This document shows, piece by piece, positions 24,829 through 24,931 of a stretch of DNA of 24,931 nucleotides. A model generated the notes under the pieces. The model did not search any database, had not been told where the DNA came from, and was given only the letters and a program-made list of their open reading frames with translations. Positions within the stretch are counted from its first letter, which is position 1, and the number at the start of each line of letters is the position of its first letter. The position numbers and the translations under genes are program-made. Source of the stretch: a virus (lineage: Duplodnaviria; Caudoviricetes); the IMG/VR virus record IMGVR_UViG_3300031683_000035, positions 1 through 24,931 of that record; one strand, given 5' to 3'.

Positions 24829-24931
24829 TTAATCGACTACATCCCGCAAATAATCTGGCGTCAAATGTAAGTAATTTTTCCGCACTGTCTTTTCCGTGTC
24901 ACCAAGAAACATTGCAATTTTTTCAATTGGG
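24829..24931 (-). CDS. int: C-terminus of a tyrosine recombinase / phage integrase (truncated by the window edge)
   Basis: Manual translation of the minus strand from 24930 gives PIEKIAMFLGDTEKTVRKNYLHLTPDYLRDVVD*. This matches the box II pattern of tyrosine recombinases (ia..LGH....t...Y.H..p..l), with Tyr nine residues after the LG(H/D) position. Confidence 0.75.
   Translation of the reverse strand, partial: PIEKIAMFLGDTEKTVRKNYLHLTPDYLRDVVD

Overview
The window is the virion morphogenesis and lysis region of a tailed dsDNA phage with podovirus-type architecture. A marine alphaproteobacterial host is plausible but is only an inference. Almost all genes are on the + strand and tightly coupled. 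In order: the 3' end of a probable tail fibre with its assembly chaperone; four small membrane proteins (one with a canonical EF-hand loop, one holin-like) and a GH108 endolysin; terminase large subunit; portal; scaffold; major capsid protein; an unknown protein; adaptor; nozzle; a T7 gp13-like GNAT-fold protein; and five probable internal virion (ejection) proteins. The ~12.8 kb ejection module is the most unusual part. It includes a 758-aa mosaic protein whose C-terminus is a paralog of the upstream gene and which carries Cys repeats, a 480-aa protein with a 12-copy in-frame 33-bp tandem repeat, and a 2445-aa polyvalent protein with DdrB-like ParB, HExxH and LPD1-like motifs. At the right edge, the C-terminus of a convergent tyrosine recombinase (absent from the ORF track) faces a repeat-rich intergenic region that may be attP, suggesting a temperate phage. 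All family assignments come from motif recognition and gene order by eye; no searches were run.
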